Both the position numbers and the translations under genes were made by a program. DNA of 62,429 bases, counting the filler. It is 3 parts of 3 records of this genome, joined end to end, with 100 filler letters (N's around TTAATTAATTAA, not from the genome) between each part and the next. Parts side by side here need not be neighbours in the genome. Positions count along the whole stretch, not along the records: positions 1 to 29,370 come from SRR31156797_10762; 2 more parts are not named here. One strand, written 5' to 3'. The notes below the pieces were generated by a model. That model saw nothing but the letters and a program-made list of their open reading frames with translations. It ran no database searches and had not been told where the DNA came from. Positions 1-9,732 of the stretch are shown piece after piece. Positions within the stretch are counted from its first letter, which is position 1. Each line of letters starts with the position of its first letter.

Positions 1-40
1 TTCGCACGCATTCACACCAGCAAAGCAGGTAGCAGAGTTA

Positions 41-634
41 TTAGTTATATTTAAAAACCTCTGTCCCTTCAGGAATCTCAGGCTTAAAAGCATTCTCAGA
101 AACAGGCTTATCCTTCACTATATTCTTAAATGTAATATTAGTATTGTTACCGCTCTGATCTTTCGTCTTAATACCTTTTACAGTGCTTCCCTCTACAACA
201 AACACGAGGCTATCTATCCCTAAATCCTCTTTCGGTGTAAGCTTAAGCTCCTCACCTTCAAGAACAACGATAAAATCATCCTCTATATCAGAAGGATCAA
301 GCATAAGACGCATAAAGACGTTAGTCGCCGGATTAAGCTGCTGGATAATTAGCTGTTTTGTATCACTGTCGTAGTATTGCATGGTTTTGGTGTCAAAGAG
401 ATAAAACTGCCTGTACGGCTTGTCATAATCCCAAAGAGCACGCTCTCCGCTTTTAATTATAAGCTTACCGCTGTATATATCCTCTCCGAACCCTTCTATC
501 TCAGTGGCTTGAACAAAGTCAGCACTATAGCTTTTCACCTGCTTTAAAGCGGCGAGCACCTTATCAGCACCACCTGCAAACGCAGTCATTGTGAAAGCAA
601 AAACTAATATATAAATTAAAAATAACTTTTTCAT
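41..634 (-). CDS. lolA: Outer-membrane lipoprotein carrier LolA
   Basis: Signal peptide MKKLFLIYILVFAFTMTAFA, SADFVQ, WDYDKP and F.P.IPEGTEV match the LolA pattern. Start moved to ATG 634, which has an upstream GAGG. Confidence 0.85.
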   Translation of the reverse strand: MKKLFLIYILVFAFTMTAFAGGADKVLAALKQVKSYSADFVQATEIEGFGEDIYSGKLIIKSGERALWDYDKPYRQFYLFDTKTMQYYDSDTKQLIIQQLNPATNVFMRLMLDPSDIEDDFIVVLEGEELKLTPKEDLGIDSLVFVVEGSTVKGIKTKDQSGNNTNITFKNIVKDKPVSENAFKPEIPEGTEVFKYN

Positions 635-935
635 AATAATAACCTCTAACTTTGAAGTTAAATATATACTGTAATATTGCAAGTGTAAAGTGACGAATAA
701 CAAGCCTATTATAGATTTTACATATCCAGTTAAGGCAATAGACACAAGAAAATACAGCAACTTGCGCATATCACAACAATATAATATTATAAATCCAAAT
801 ACAAAAGACCATAAAAGTACAAATCAAACAACAAAAAGTTTTTTTCATTTTTTTTACCTATTGAAAACCGTTATATAACAAGGGTTCTAGTTTTGTTTAT
901 ATCAAAAATCAAGCTATTAGCGGGCTTCAATACTA

Positions 936-964
936 TTGACATATCTTATGTTAAAATGTATCAT
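936..964 (+). promoter_or_regulatory. Sigma70-type promoter of pyc
   Basis: TTGACA-N17-TATCAT upstream of ATG 1008. Confidence 0.65.
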
Positions 965-1007
965 TATCCATAAATAAAAATAAGAAATAAGATTGGGGAG
1001 TTACTTT

Positions 1008-4000
1008 ATGAGAATAAAAAAACTAATGTCTGCCAACAGAGGCGAAATTGCAATTCGTACTTTCAGAGCATGTACAGAGATGGGGATAAGGACAGTTGCC
1101 CTCTATTCCGAAGAAGACAAGTATTCTCTCCACAGATATAAAGCTGACGAAGCTTACCTTATAGGCAAAGGTCTCGACCCTGTTGCTGCCTATATGAACA
1201 TCGACGAGATCATTCAGCTCGCTATTAAAAAGAATGTTGACGCTATCCATCCGGGGTACGGTTTCCTCGCTGAGAACGCTCAGTTCGCTAAAGCCTGTGA
1301 GGAAGCGGGAATTATCTTCGTTGGACCTAAGGCTGACACAATCAATATGTTCGGTGACAAAAAGAACGCTAAAGAGCTCGCTAAAGAGTGCAAAGTTCCT
1401 GTTATCGAAGGTTCCGAAGGGATAATCCCTACGATTGCTGAGGCTAAGAAAGCTTCTAAAGCTATCGGCTACCCGGTACTCATCAAAGCTGTTGCAGGTG
1501 GCGGTGGTAGAGGAATCAGAATCGCTAAAAGTGAAAAAGAACTCCTTGAAAACTATGAGTCAGCCAAAAGTGAAGCACTCAAAGCTTTCGGTAACGGCGA
1601 CATTATCATTGAAAAATATATCGAAGAGCCAAAACACGTTGAAATCCAGCTCCTCGCTGACAAGTACGGCAATATCGTACACCTCTTCGAGCGTGACTGT
1701 TCCATCCAGCGTCGTCATCAGAAGCTTATCGAGATCGCTCCGTCAATAGGCGTAGCACAAAAGACACTCGACGGAATGTATGAGGCGGCGATTAAACTTG
1801 GTAAAAAATCTAACCTTGTAAACGCTGCAACAGTCGAATTCCTTGTAGATAAAAATCAGGACTACTACTTTCTCGAAGTAAACCCTAGACTTCAGGTTGA
1901 GCATACAATTTCTGAGCTGATCACAGGCATAGATATTGTTCAGTCTCAGATCAACATCGCAGCAGGCGAAAAGCTCTCCTGCCCTGAGATTGATATCAAC
2001 TCTCAGAAAGATGTCATCAAAAACGGCTACGCTATTCAGTGCCGTGTTACCACAGAAGACCCAGAAAACAACTTTTTCCCTGACACGGGAGAAATACAGG
2101 CATATAGAATTGCCGCAGGATTCGGTGTGCGGTTGGATGCCGGAAATGGTTTTGCAAACGCCAAAATTTCACCTCACTATGACTCCCTCTTGGTGAAGGT
2201 ATCCACGCACGCCCATTCCTTTGCTCAGACAGCTCGTAAGATGCACAGAGCACTTAGCGAGTTCCGTATCAGAGGAGTTAAGACTAACATTCAGTTCCTT
2301 GAGAAAGTTATCGTCCACGATGAGTTTCTTTCAGGTAAGGTGACGACTACTTTCGTTGATAATAACAAAGACCTCGTTGTTTTCAAACAGCGTCAGGACA
2401 GAGCGACTAAAGCTCTTAAATTCCTCGCTAATAATATTGTAAACAATCCGTCAGGTTCAAGACTATCCAGCGACATAATCCTCCCTGCGATCAACCCGCC
2501 TGTTGTACCTTACGGTAAGCAGGTTCCTACGGGTACTAAGGACATCCTTAACAGAAGCGGTGTTCAGGGTGTTATCGATCATGTAAGACAGTCTAACGAG
2601 GCTTTCTTTACAGATACAACATTCAGAGATGCACACCAGTCACTCCTTGCGACAAGAGTGCGCTCTAAAGACATGCTCGATGTTGCTGAATACTACGCAC
2701 ACAACCTCCCTGGATTATTCTCTCTGGAGATGTGGGGCGGAGCGACATTCGACGTAGCATACAGATTCCTTAAAGAATCACCTTGGGACAGGATGGCACA
2801 GCTTCGTGAGAAAGTGCCTAACATCCTCTTCCAGATGCTTCTCAGAGCTTCTAACGCTGTCGGATACACTAACTATCCTGACAATGTTGTAAAAGAGTTC
2901 ATCAGGCTCGCAAGTGAGCACGGAATGGACGTTTTCAGAATTTTCGACTGTTTCAACTGGACAGACCAGATGATCCCTGCCATCGAAGAAGTTAAGAAGA
3001 ACGGACGTATCGCTGAAGCGGCAATCTGCTATACAGGCGACATAACAGACATAACACGTACAAAATACTCTCTTAACTATTACACAAGCATCGCAAAAGA
3101 GCTTGCAGAAGCTGGCACAGACATCATAGGCATTAAGGATATGGCGGGGCTGCTTAAACCTTATGCAGCGAAAACTCTTATCAAAGCTATCAAGGAAGAG
3201 ACAGGTCTGCCTGTACACTTCCACACACATAATACAAGCGGTAACGCTGAAGCAGCAGCTCTCATGTCTTATGAAGCTGGTGCAGACATCATCGATGCGG
3301 CGGTTAGTTCCATGTCCGGACTGACATCTCAGCCTAACATGAACTCCATTGCAGCAGCTCTCGAAGGACAGGAGAAACACTCCACCCTCGACACAAAAGC
3401 TATGCAGAACGTTTCAGACTACTTCGATAGAGTGCGTAGATACTACTTCCCATTCGAAAGTGGAATGAAAGCATCCTCCGCAGAGGTTTACATGCATGAA
3501 ATCCCAGGCGGTCAATACTCTAACCTTATCGTACAGGTAGAGGCTATGGGACTCATCGACAGATGGGAAGAGGTTCGACTCATGTATGCTGACGTAAACC
3601 GTGAGCTTGGCGATATAATCAAGGTTACACCTTCTTCGAAAGTTGTGGGCGACCTTGCGCTCTTCCTCGTTCGAAACAACCTTAAGGTCGAAGACATTTA
3701 TACACAAGGGGATACACTAAACTTCCCTGATTCTGTAGTGTCATTCTTTCAGGGTATGCTCGGACAGCCTTATGGTGGCTTCCCGAAAAAGCTTCAGGCA
3801 ATTGTGCTCAAAGGCGAAAAGCCTCTCGACTGCAGACCTGGTGAGCTGCTCACAGATTTCGACTTTAACGCAGCACGTAACGAGCTTAAAACAGAGTTCG
3901 GCAGAGATTTCTCCGACATAGAGGTTATCTCATACGCTCTCTACCCTGCTGTTTTCAGAGACTACATAAAGTTTAACAACGAATACGGCGACCCATCAGT

Positions 4001-4442
4001 ATTCTGCACAAAATCATTCTTCTATCCGCTTGAGAAAGAGGAAGAGATTGAGCTTGATATCGAAGATGGTAAGACTCTTATCATCAGATACCTCAACAGC
4101 AGTGCTCCTGATGAGAAGGGTATGAGAAAGGTTTACTTCGAGCTGAACGGTCAGCCAAGATCCGTAACGGTCAAGGACGAAACACTTACTGACATCATCA
4201 AATCTAACAAGAAGGGTGACCCTGCAAACCCTAATGAAATCTGTGCTACGATGCCGGGAAGCATTACAAAGGTTAATGTTAAAGCTGGCGACAAGGTCGC
4301 TAAGGGCGATATTCTCCTCATCACAGAAGCGATGAAGATGGAGACTAAGATTGCTGCGGCTACAGATGGTGAGGTTGGTGAAATCTTACTCCACGAGGGA
4401 GATAAGATAGAATCAGGAGATCTACTTATGCAGATTGCATAA
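1008..4442 (+). CDS. pyc: Pyruvate carboxylase (single chain)
   Basis: Biotin carboxylase (ANRGEIAIR, HPGYGFLAEN), carboxyltransferase (TTFRDAHQSLLATR) and biotinyl domain (EAMKM). ATG 1008 follows GGGGAG. Confidence 0.97.
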   Translation: MRIKKLMSANRGEIAIRTFRACTEMGIRTVALYSEEDKYSLHRYKADEAYLIGKGLDPVAAYMNIDEIIQLAIKKNVDAIHPGYGFLAENAQFAKACEEAGIIFVGPKADTINMFGDKKNAKELAKECKVPVIEGSEGIIPTIAEAKKASKAIGYPVLIKAVAGGGGRGIRIAKSEKELLENYESAKSEALKAFGNGDIIIEKYIEEPKHVEIQLLADKYGNIVHLFERDCSIQRRHQKLIEIAPSIGVAQKTLDGMYEAAIKLGKKSNLVNAATVEFLVDKNQDYYFLEVNPRLQVEHTISELITGIDIVQSQINIAAGEKLSCPEIDINSQKDVIKNGYAIQCRVTTEDPENNFFPDTGEIQAYRIAAGFGVRLDAGNGFANAKISPHYDSLLVKVSTHAHSFAQTARKMHRALSEFRIRGVKTNIQFLEKVIVHDEFLSGKVTTTFVDNNKDLVVFKQRQDRATKALKFLANNIVNNPSGSRLSSDIILPAINPPVVPYGKQVPTGTKDILNRSGVQGVIDHVRQSNEAFFTDTTFRDAHQSLLATRVRSKDMLDVAEYYAHNLPGLFSLEMWGGATFDVAYRFLKESPWDRMAQLREKVPNILFQMLLRASNAVGYTNYPDNVVKEFIRLASEHGMDVFRIFDCFNWTDQMIPAIEEVKKNGRIAEAAICYTGDITDITRTKYSLNYYTSIAKELAEAGTDIIGIKDMAGLLKPYAAKTLIKAIKEETGLPVHFHTHNTSGNAEAAALMSYEAGADIIDAAVSSMSGLTSQPNMNSIAAALEGQEKHSTLDTKAMQNVSDYFDRVRRYYFPFESGMKASSAEVYMHEIPGGQYSNLIVQVEAMGLIDRWEEVRLMYADVNRELGDIIKVTPSSKVVGDLALFLVRNNLKVEDIYTQGDTLNFPDSVVSFFQGMLGQPYGGFPKKLQAIVLKGEKPLDCRPGELLTDFDFNAARNELKTEFGRDFSDIEVISYALYPAVFRDYIKFNNEYGDPSVFCTKSFFYPLEKEEEIELDIEDGKTLIIRYLNSSAPDEKGMRKVYFELNGQPRSVTVKDETLTDIIKSNKKGDPANPNEICATMPGSITKVNVKAGDKVAKGDILLITEAMKMETKIAAATDGEVGEILLHEGDKIESGDLLMQIA

Positions 4443-4469
4443 TATCCCATAAAAAACTTCATATTAGTT

Positions 4470-4508
4470 AAAAGCCTGCCTAGTTTATAACGCTAAGCAG
4501 GCTTTTTT
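4470..4508. terminator. Intrinsic terminator between convergent pyc and uvrC
   Basis: AAAAGCCTGC...GCAGGCTTTTTT hairpin with A/T tracts on both sides. Confidence 0.75.
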
Positions 4509-4528
4509 CTTATCTAAATTTACCGATA

Positions 4529-6328
4529 TTAACTGTTTTTGACAAAATTGATAATTGATTGTGCTGTTTTCTGCGGAATTGAACAGGCTTTGGCAAGAGT
4601 TTCGACATCAAGGTCTCCCCTCTTATAAATATCAGGGTAAGCCTCAAGCACCTTTTTGACCGTCTTCTCCCCCACTCCGTCGAGCAAGAGCAGTGGCGAT
4701 TTTTTAAAATTTTTCAGAGCAAGCTTTCTGCTATAGTCTATTGCAAACCTATGGGATTCATCACGCACTTTCTGGATGAACAGCAAAACGGGATCACTCT
4801 TTTTAAGCTTCAGAGGATTTTTACGTCCCGGAAGGTGAACCGACTCAATTGATTCGTCCTGCTTATCCTTCATATACTTGATACTTCTCCCTTTTGATAT
4901 AGAGATCAGGTTTGCATCATAGCCCACATCTTCCGCCGCTTTCACAACAGAATTAAGCTGACCTATACCTCCATCTATAATGTATAAGTCCGCAGGGGGC
5001 TCTGTACCCTCTTTTATATTTTCAAATTTTCTTGTGAAAAGTTCATACATACTGACGAAATCATCATTTTCAGCTGATTTAATACGGTATTTCCTATACT
5101 GCGCCTTGGCAAATTCACCATCAACAGACACAATAGAAACACCCACAGTCCCTGTTCCGCCCAGGTGAGAGATGTCTACACACTCAATCCTTGAAACAGA
5201 ATCCAGCCCTATTAATGATTTCATCTTCTCAGAAATATCCTTACGCTTAGACAGTTTTTTAAGGTATAAGTCAGTCTGGACATTGCCGTTTTCAAGAGCG
5301 AGCTTTTCAACTGAGGAAAACCCCCGCCTACGGAAACGTATCTTCTTCTCTGCGACCTTCTCTATCGCTTCATGAAGCGTGCTTTCGTCCTCAAGACCGT
5401 TTATATACAGCATCTCAGGAAAGTTTCTTATAGCCGAATACATCTGAAGCACAAAGGATTCTATCACCTCAGAAGGGTTTTCAACGTCTTCCAGAATCTC
5501 GGTGCGGCTACCTATAACACGACCGCCACGCACAAACATCACAGTGATCCCGCTGACATTTTCATAAGTGTGCGGAACAAAAACATCGATACTGCTTGTA
5601 TCATCAGGCATGACCACGGTCTGCTTAGTAAACAGCTTTGAAAGTCCTCTAAGCCTGTCACGCATTAGTGCCGCCTCTTCGAAATTCATATCGTCAGAGA
5701 GACGCATCATCTCAGCTTCCATATGGCTTTTCAAACCTTCGACATCGCCTCTGAAAAACTGCTTAACCTGCTCAACCAGCTGGTTATATCTATTTTTACT
5801 AATCATATTTTCGCAAGGTCCGAGACACTTTTTAATCTGATACTTAAGACAGACCTTCCCCTCTTTGAACTTGCTATCCCCACATGAACGAAGCGGGAAG
5901 ACACGCAGAAGCTCATCGACAATGGAGCGCAGGTTGCCCACATCAACAAAAGGACCGAAATACTCGCCATTCTTCCCTGATTCGCGGATGATCTTCAGCT
6001 TAGGATAATCTTCATTAGTGATAAGTATAAATGGGTAGCTCTTAGAATCTTTCAGCCTAACGTTATATCTCGGCTTCTCTGTTTTGATAACATTATTCTC
6101 AAGCAGGAGCGCTTCCGCCTCAGTGGAGGTGACAACGAACCTTATATCCCTCGCAGACTGAAGCATCTTTCTCGTTCGCATAGGCTTGCTGTCAGTGTCT
6201 ACAAAATATGATGACACCCTGTTGCGCAGATTTTTCGCTTTCCCGACGTAAAGTATCTCGCCGGTTTTAGAGATGTATAAGTATATCCCGGGATTTTCAG
6301 GTATGTCTTTCAAAACTGGTTTAAACAT
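4529..6328 (-). CDS. uvrC: Excinuclease ABC subunit C
   Basis: GIY-YIG N-terminus (PGIY..YVGKAKNLRNRV), ECVDISH, IIDGGIGQ, and a C-terminal HhH. Confidence 0.96.
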   Translation of the reverse strand: MFKPVLKDIPENPGIYLYISKTGEILYVGKAKNLRNRVSSYFVDTDSKPMRTRKMLQSARDIRFVVTSTEAEALLLENNVIKTEKPRYNVRLKDSKSYPFILITNEDYPKLKIIRESGKNGEYFGPFVDVGNLRSIVDELLRVFPLRSCGDSKFKEGKVCLKYQIKKCLGPCENMISKNRYNQLVEQVKQFFRGDVEGLKSHMEAEMMRLSDDMNFEEAALMRDRLRGLSKLFTKQTVVMPDDTSSIDVFVPHTYENVSGITVMFVRGGRVIGSRTEILEDVENPSEVIESFVLQMYSAIRNFPEMLYINGLEDESTLHEAIEKVAEKKIRFRRRGFSSVEKLALENGNVQTDLYLKKLSKRKDISEKMKSLIGLDSVSRIECVDISHLGGTGTVGVSIVSVDGEFAKAQYRKYRIKSAENDDFVSMYELFTRKFENIKEGTEPPADLYIIDGGIGQLNSVVKAAEDVGYDANLISISKGRSIKYMKDKQDESIESVHLPGRKNPLKLKKSDPVLLFIQKVRDESHRFAIDYSRKLALKNFKKSPLLLLDGVGEKTVKKVLEAYPDIYKRGDLDVETLAKACSIPQKTAQSIINFVKNS

Positions 6329-6450
6329 AGAGAAGTATATTCTGGTTGGGGTTTCAGGTCAACAATGTTGCAACTTTAAGGTTGGGCAGTTATAGAAATT
6401 AACCTGCCGCTTAATGCATTCAAGCTCCTGCCAGCCGCCTACAAATGTAA

Positions 6451-6464
6451 GCGACCAACGGGAG
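6451..6464 (+). repeat. Short intergenic repeat GCGACCAACGGGAG, copy 1
   Basis: Near-identical copies at 22390-22401 (minus strand), 22446-22459 and 27697-27710, all intergenic. Confidence 0.55.
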
Positions 6465-6527
6465 TATTTTAAATTGGAATTATATTCTATCGATCACTGC
6501 ATAGTGATCAGGCTGTGTGCCAGCACA

Positions 6528-6884
6528 CTAAAATGTTATCAGCTTTGCCCCTTTCTGGAGCATCTTTGTCACAGGTTCGCCCATATATCGGACATCAACA
6601 CCGATATCCTCTAGCTGATCAGCTACGCCGTAAATATCGGCATTCTCTTTACAGGCACAAACATCCACACCTGCGGCGATCATATCTCTGACTTTGCCCT
6701 GTATAGATTCATCTTCAGCAAGAAGTTTTGCCGAAGGTCCCCAAACCACGAGGTGTACTTCATCCCACCACTCTCTGCACTTTGCATTCAGCGTATACAT
6801 AAAGACAGTGGACTCCGCCACGTCACGATCGGAGGAACTCCATATGACAGCAAGTTCGTTGTTGTCTAACTTATTAACAGCCAT
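6528..6884 (-). CDS. DsrE-family protein
   Basis: FMYTLNA..WWDEV.LVVWGPSAKL pattern. ATG 6884 follows AGGAGG. Confidence 0.8.
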   Translation of the reverse strand: MAVNKLDNNELAVIWSSSDRDVAESTVFMYTLNAKCREWWDEVHLVVWGPSAKLLAEDESIQGKVRDMIAAGVDVCACKENADIYGVADQLEDIGVDVRYMGEPVTKMLQKGAKLITF

Positions 6885-7016
6885 CTTGTCCTCCTTTATA
6901 TTGGTATACAATAAAGATACCCCTATTCAGGATTATAACAAGACCAAACTTATCCGAATAACTTTAAGTCTATAAAGTTATCACACAAAACACATCAGAG
7001 CATTGCTTGTAAACAG

Positions 7017-7394
7017 TTAGTGGGAACAGGAATGAGAGCCGTGGTTACAAGTCTTCATATCGACGCTGAGCTTTTCAAGCCCATCATTTTCGAAGAGTTT
7101 TATGTTAGCCTCAATACTACCTTCACCCGAACGCATAACAGTGATACCGCTTCTCATAAGCCCCATGATAGCGCCCTGACCGATACCACCGACAACAACA
7201 ACATCTACGTCTCTACCGGAGAGAGCAGCCACAGGATTACACTTACCGTGCTCATGGTTGATGTCTTTGTTATTTATAAAATCATGCTCACGAGTCTCTG
7301 TGTCAAACATAACAAAGCCCGGAGCTGAACCGAAATGTCCGTAAACAGCACCTTCTGTGCCGTTATATTGTTCTACTGGAAAACATACTTTCAT
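7017..7394 (-). CDS. NifB/NifX (dinitrogenase FeMo-cofactor, COG1433-like) family protein
   Basis: KVCFP..GHFGSAPGF..D..VVVGGIGQGA, with a Cys/His-rich C-terminal tail. Confidence 0.85.
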   Translation of the reverse strand: MKVCFPVEQYNGTEGAVYGHFGSAPGFVMFDTETREHDFINNKDINHEHGKCNPVAALSGRDVDVVVVGGIGQGAIMGLMRSGITVMRSGEGSIEANIKLFENDGLEKLSVDMKTCNHGSHSCSH

Positions 7395-7418
7395 GTTTAC
7401 CTCCTATGTATATAGGGC

Positions 7419-7447
7419 AAGATAATAAACATATGCTCATAAGTCAA
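7419..7447 (-). promoter_or_regulatory. Promoter with an imperfect GAGCATATGCTC palindrome in the spacer
   Basis: Minus strand reads TTGACT-TATGAGCATATGTTTAT-TATCTT (17-nt spacer). Confidence 0.55.
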
Positions 7448-7462
7448 CAGTTAATTTTGTAC

Positions 7463-8431
7463 CTATGTTTTATTTATCCACTCAGGCTGAAGTGTGGTGT
7501 GTCCTATATTATACTTATGCGCAAGATCATGTGATATGTTCTCTATCAGCTCATGATAATCTTCTGAATCTGCACTTTTGATACATATATGGGCAGACAT
7601 GCAGTACATCCTGTGGGTGATTTCCCATACGTGCACATCGTGGATATCAGCAATTCCTTCATATTTATCAAGTATATATTCTCTAAGCTCTTTTACGTCA
7701 ACTGGCGATGCCTCTAAAAGCACATTCACTGAGCTTTTAAACAGTGTCAGCGACCACTTCGCAATGACAAAAGCGACAAGAAGCGCTATTGCAGGGTCAA
7801 TAAACGACCAGCCTGTATAATATATGACTATTATTCCGCCGACTATCGCAACAGAAGAGAGTGCATCCGCCATCATATGCAAGAACGCAGACCGGAGATT
7901 AACATTATCCATATCCCCCTTCATAAGGATCACACCGGTAATAATATTAACGACCAATCCTATCGCAGCTACAACAAGTGTAACGCCTGCATCTATCGGC
8001 TGAGGATTCATAAACCTCTCAATCGCTTCGTATAAAATCCATATTACTGAAAGACCAATTGTCACCGCATTTACAAATGCCGCCAATACCTCCATCCGGT
8101 GATAGCCGAATGTTTTATCTGACGGTGCGTTCCTTGACGCCATAACTATCGCAGCGTAGCTTATAGCCAGTGCGAAAGAGTGTGTAAACATATGAACCGC
8201 ATCGCTGACAAGTGCGAGCGAACCAGCGAGAAGACCGTAGACTATCTCCAGTATCATCACCGAAAAAGTTATCAGCAGAGATACGCCAAGTACCCTTTTA
8301 TCTACATTTCTATAGTCGTGTGAGTGTTCATGATCATGGTCGTGGTCGTGATCATGACTGTGGGAGTGACCGTGATGCCCCTCATCTGTTAGCGGGGCGT
8401 GGTTATGTGAACCGAAAATACATGTACTCAT
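7463..8431 (-). CDS. Cation diffusion facilitator (CzcD/ZitB/DmeF-like) metal exporter
   Basis: His-rich N-terminus, SLALVSDAVHM, FGYHRMEVLAA, NLRSAFLHMMAD, HDVHVW, HTTLQPE. Confidence 0.92.
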   Translation of the reverse strand: MSTCIFGSHNHAPLTDEGHHGHSHSHDHDHDHDHEHSHDYRNVDKRVLGVSLLITFSVMILEIVYGLLAGSLALVSDAVHMFTHSFALAISYAAIVMASRNAPSDKTFGYHRMEVLAAFVNAVTIGLSVIWILYEAIERFMNPQPIDAGVTLVVAAIGLVVNIITGVILMKGDMDNVNLRSAFLHMMADALSSVAIVGGIIVIYYTGWSFIDPAIALLVAFVIAKWSLTLFKSSVNVLLEASPVDVKELREYILDKYEGIADIHDVHVWEITHRMYCMSAHICIKSADSEDYHELIENISHDLAHKYNIGHTTLQPEWINKT

Positions 8432-8433
8432 AA

Positions 8434-8727
8434 TTATTTACCAAATACCTTTAATACTTCGAGAAAACGTGTCATCTGCCTGTCAGCCTCTTCTGCATCT
8501 CCATCACGCATATCTTCAATAAGGTGCCCTTTGGCATAATGCTCAAGATACTCCGTCATCATAGAGTGTACAGCTCCCTTTACAGATGCTAGCGAGTGAA
8601 CAAGCTCATACGGATCCTTAAATTTAAAATCTGGGTCATTCATCTTATCTTTGATAGAATTAACCTGCCCAGCGATACGGTTCATCCTATTTATCATCTT
8701 CTTTTGTGTTTCTTTACAATGTGACAC
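8434..8727 (-). CDS. CsoR/RcnR-family metal-sensing repressor
   Basis: MSH...NRMNRIAGQV...VKGAV. GTG start after GAGAGGTG, directly upstream of the CDF gene. Confidence 0.85.
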   Translation of the reverse strand: MSHCKETQKKMINRMNRIAGQVNSIKDKMNDPDFKFKDPYELVHSLASVKGAVHSMMTEYLEHYAKGHLIEDMRDGDAEEADRQMTRFLEVLKVFGK

Positions 8728-8746
8728 ATCTCACCTCTCATTTCAT

Positions 8747-8768
8747 ATACTATACCCCCCTATCCTAT
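8747..8768. promoter_or_regulatory. RcnR/CsoR-type operator
   Basis: ATACTATA-CCCCCC-TATCCTAT: a C6/G6 tract between AT-rich imperfect inverted repeats, just upstream of the repressor gene. Confidence 0.75.
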
Positions 8769-8891
8769 TTTTTCAAGATTAAAATTTCATCCCGGAAAAA
8801 GTATAAAGTTGTAAATAAGATAATTAGTCTGGTTATTTGTTTCGTCTGTCTTGAGTGAAAGATTCATCGGTAAAACAGCAGAGCATGAACT

Positions 8892-8918
8892 AAAAAAGGG
8901 GAGCAGTAAGCCCCCCTT
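8892..8918 (-). terminator. Intrinsic terminator of prxU
   Basis: Minus strand AAGGGGGGC-TTACT-GCTCCCCTTTTTT. Confidence 0.7.
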
Positions 8919-8956
8919 AAATGAATATTAGATTATTGCTTTTATGGTAATAGAGC

Positions 8957-9568
8957 CTATTCGTCGCCAGGCTGCCAAACTTCCCATACTTTACCAACGA
9001 GAGCAGGACCAGGGTTAAGAATCTTCTTACCCGGCTGCCAGCCAGCAGGGCACACTTCCGCAGCCTTTGTAGCTCGTACATGCTGGAAAGCCTGAATCTG
9101 TCTGATAGTTTCGTCGATTTTTCTTCCGACAGGTGGAGTGAGAACCTCCATACCTTGGATAACACCATCAGGGTCGATGATAAATCTACCTCTGATATCT
9201 ACGCCGATTTCCTCGTCGTAACAACCGTATGCTCTTCCGAGATCACCGGAGGAGTCTGACATCATAGGGAAAGGAACCTTCCCTTTTGTGATCATCTTTG
9301 ACAGCTCTACTTCTTCCCAAATTTTGTGAACGTGTACACTGTCTACACTGCAAGAGAGGACATCCACTCCAAGTGCTTGTAATTCTTCGTATTTTTCTGC
9401 GACCGCAGAAATTTCAGTAGGTCAGACGAATGTAAAATCGCCTGGATAAAAGCATATAAGAAGCCACTTGCCAACGTAGTCTGAAAGCTTAACAGGTATG
9501 TATTTACCGTCTTTGTAAGCGCTCATCTCGAAGTCAGGAGCTTTTCTGCCAACTTGTGCCTGGCTCAT
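8957..9568 (-). CDS. prxU: Selenocysteine-containing peroxiredoxin (AhpC/PrxU), 203 aa, Sec49
   Basis: ATG 9568 after GGAGG gives [13 protein letters not shown]...FYPGDFTFV-[TGA 9424-9422]-PTEISAVAE, in frame with the tracked ORF 8957-9367. The TGA occupies the peroxidatic Cys of the FTFVCPTE motif; resolving EVCPAGW is present. Confidence 0.93.
9394..9424 (-). promoter_or_regulatory. Bacterial SECIS element
   Basis: UGA-CCUACUGAAA-UUUCUGC-GGUC-GCAGAAA: a perfect 7-bp stem whose GGUC apical loop starts 17 nt after the UGA. Confidence 0.8.
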
Positions 9569-9594
9569 ATGACACTACCTCCAAGTTATTTTTC

Positions 9595-9610
9595 AAGAGC
9601 ATATGCTCTT
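9595..9610. promoter_or_regulatory. Perfect 16-bp palindrome, putative operator upstream of prxU
   Basis: AAGAGCATATGCTCTT, related to the site at 7425-7440. Confidence 0.55.
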
Positions 9611-9732
9611 TGAATCGATAATTAATACTAACATATTTTTTCAGTTATTGTATCAATTTTTGGAAAAAAATTATCAATAAGATTATTTATTTTTGTGGTA
9701 CACTTAGTATATTATAAAAAATGGAGGCAGAT

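Noticed and set aside
6896-6910. GTATACA half-site upstream of the DsrE gene
   Set aside because: The left half does not match the TCA palindrome.
8316-8380. CATGAT/CACGAC-type short repeats
   Set aside because: They encode the His/Asp-rich N-terminus of the CDF transporter; not a CRISPR array or separate repeat.
8917-9168. 83-aa minus-strand ORF
   Set aside because: Out-of-frame overlap with prxU.
9668-9692. AT-rich Fur/PerR-like box between prxU and bfr
   Set aside because: Plausible by context, but too degenerate to call in AT-rich DNA.
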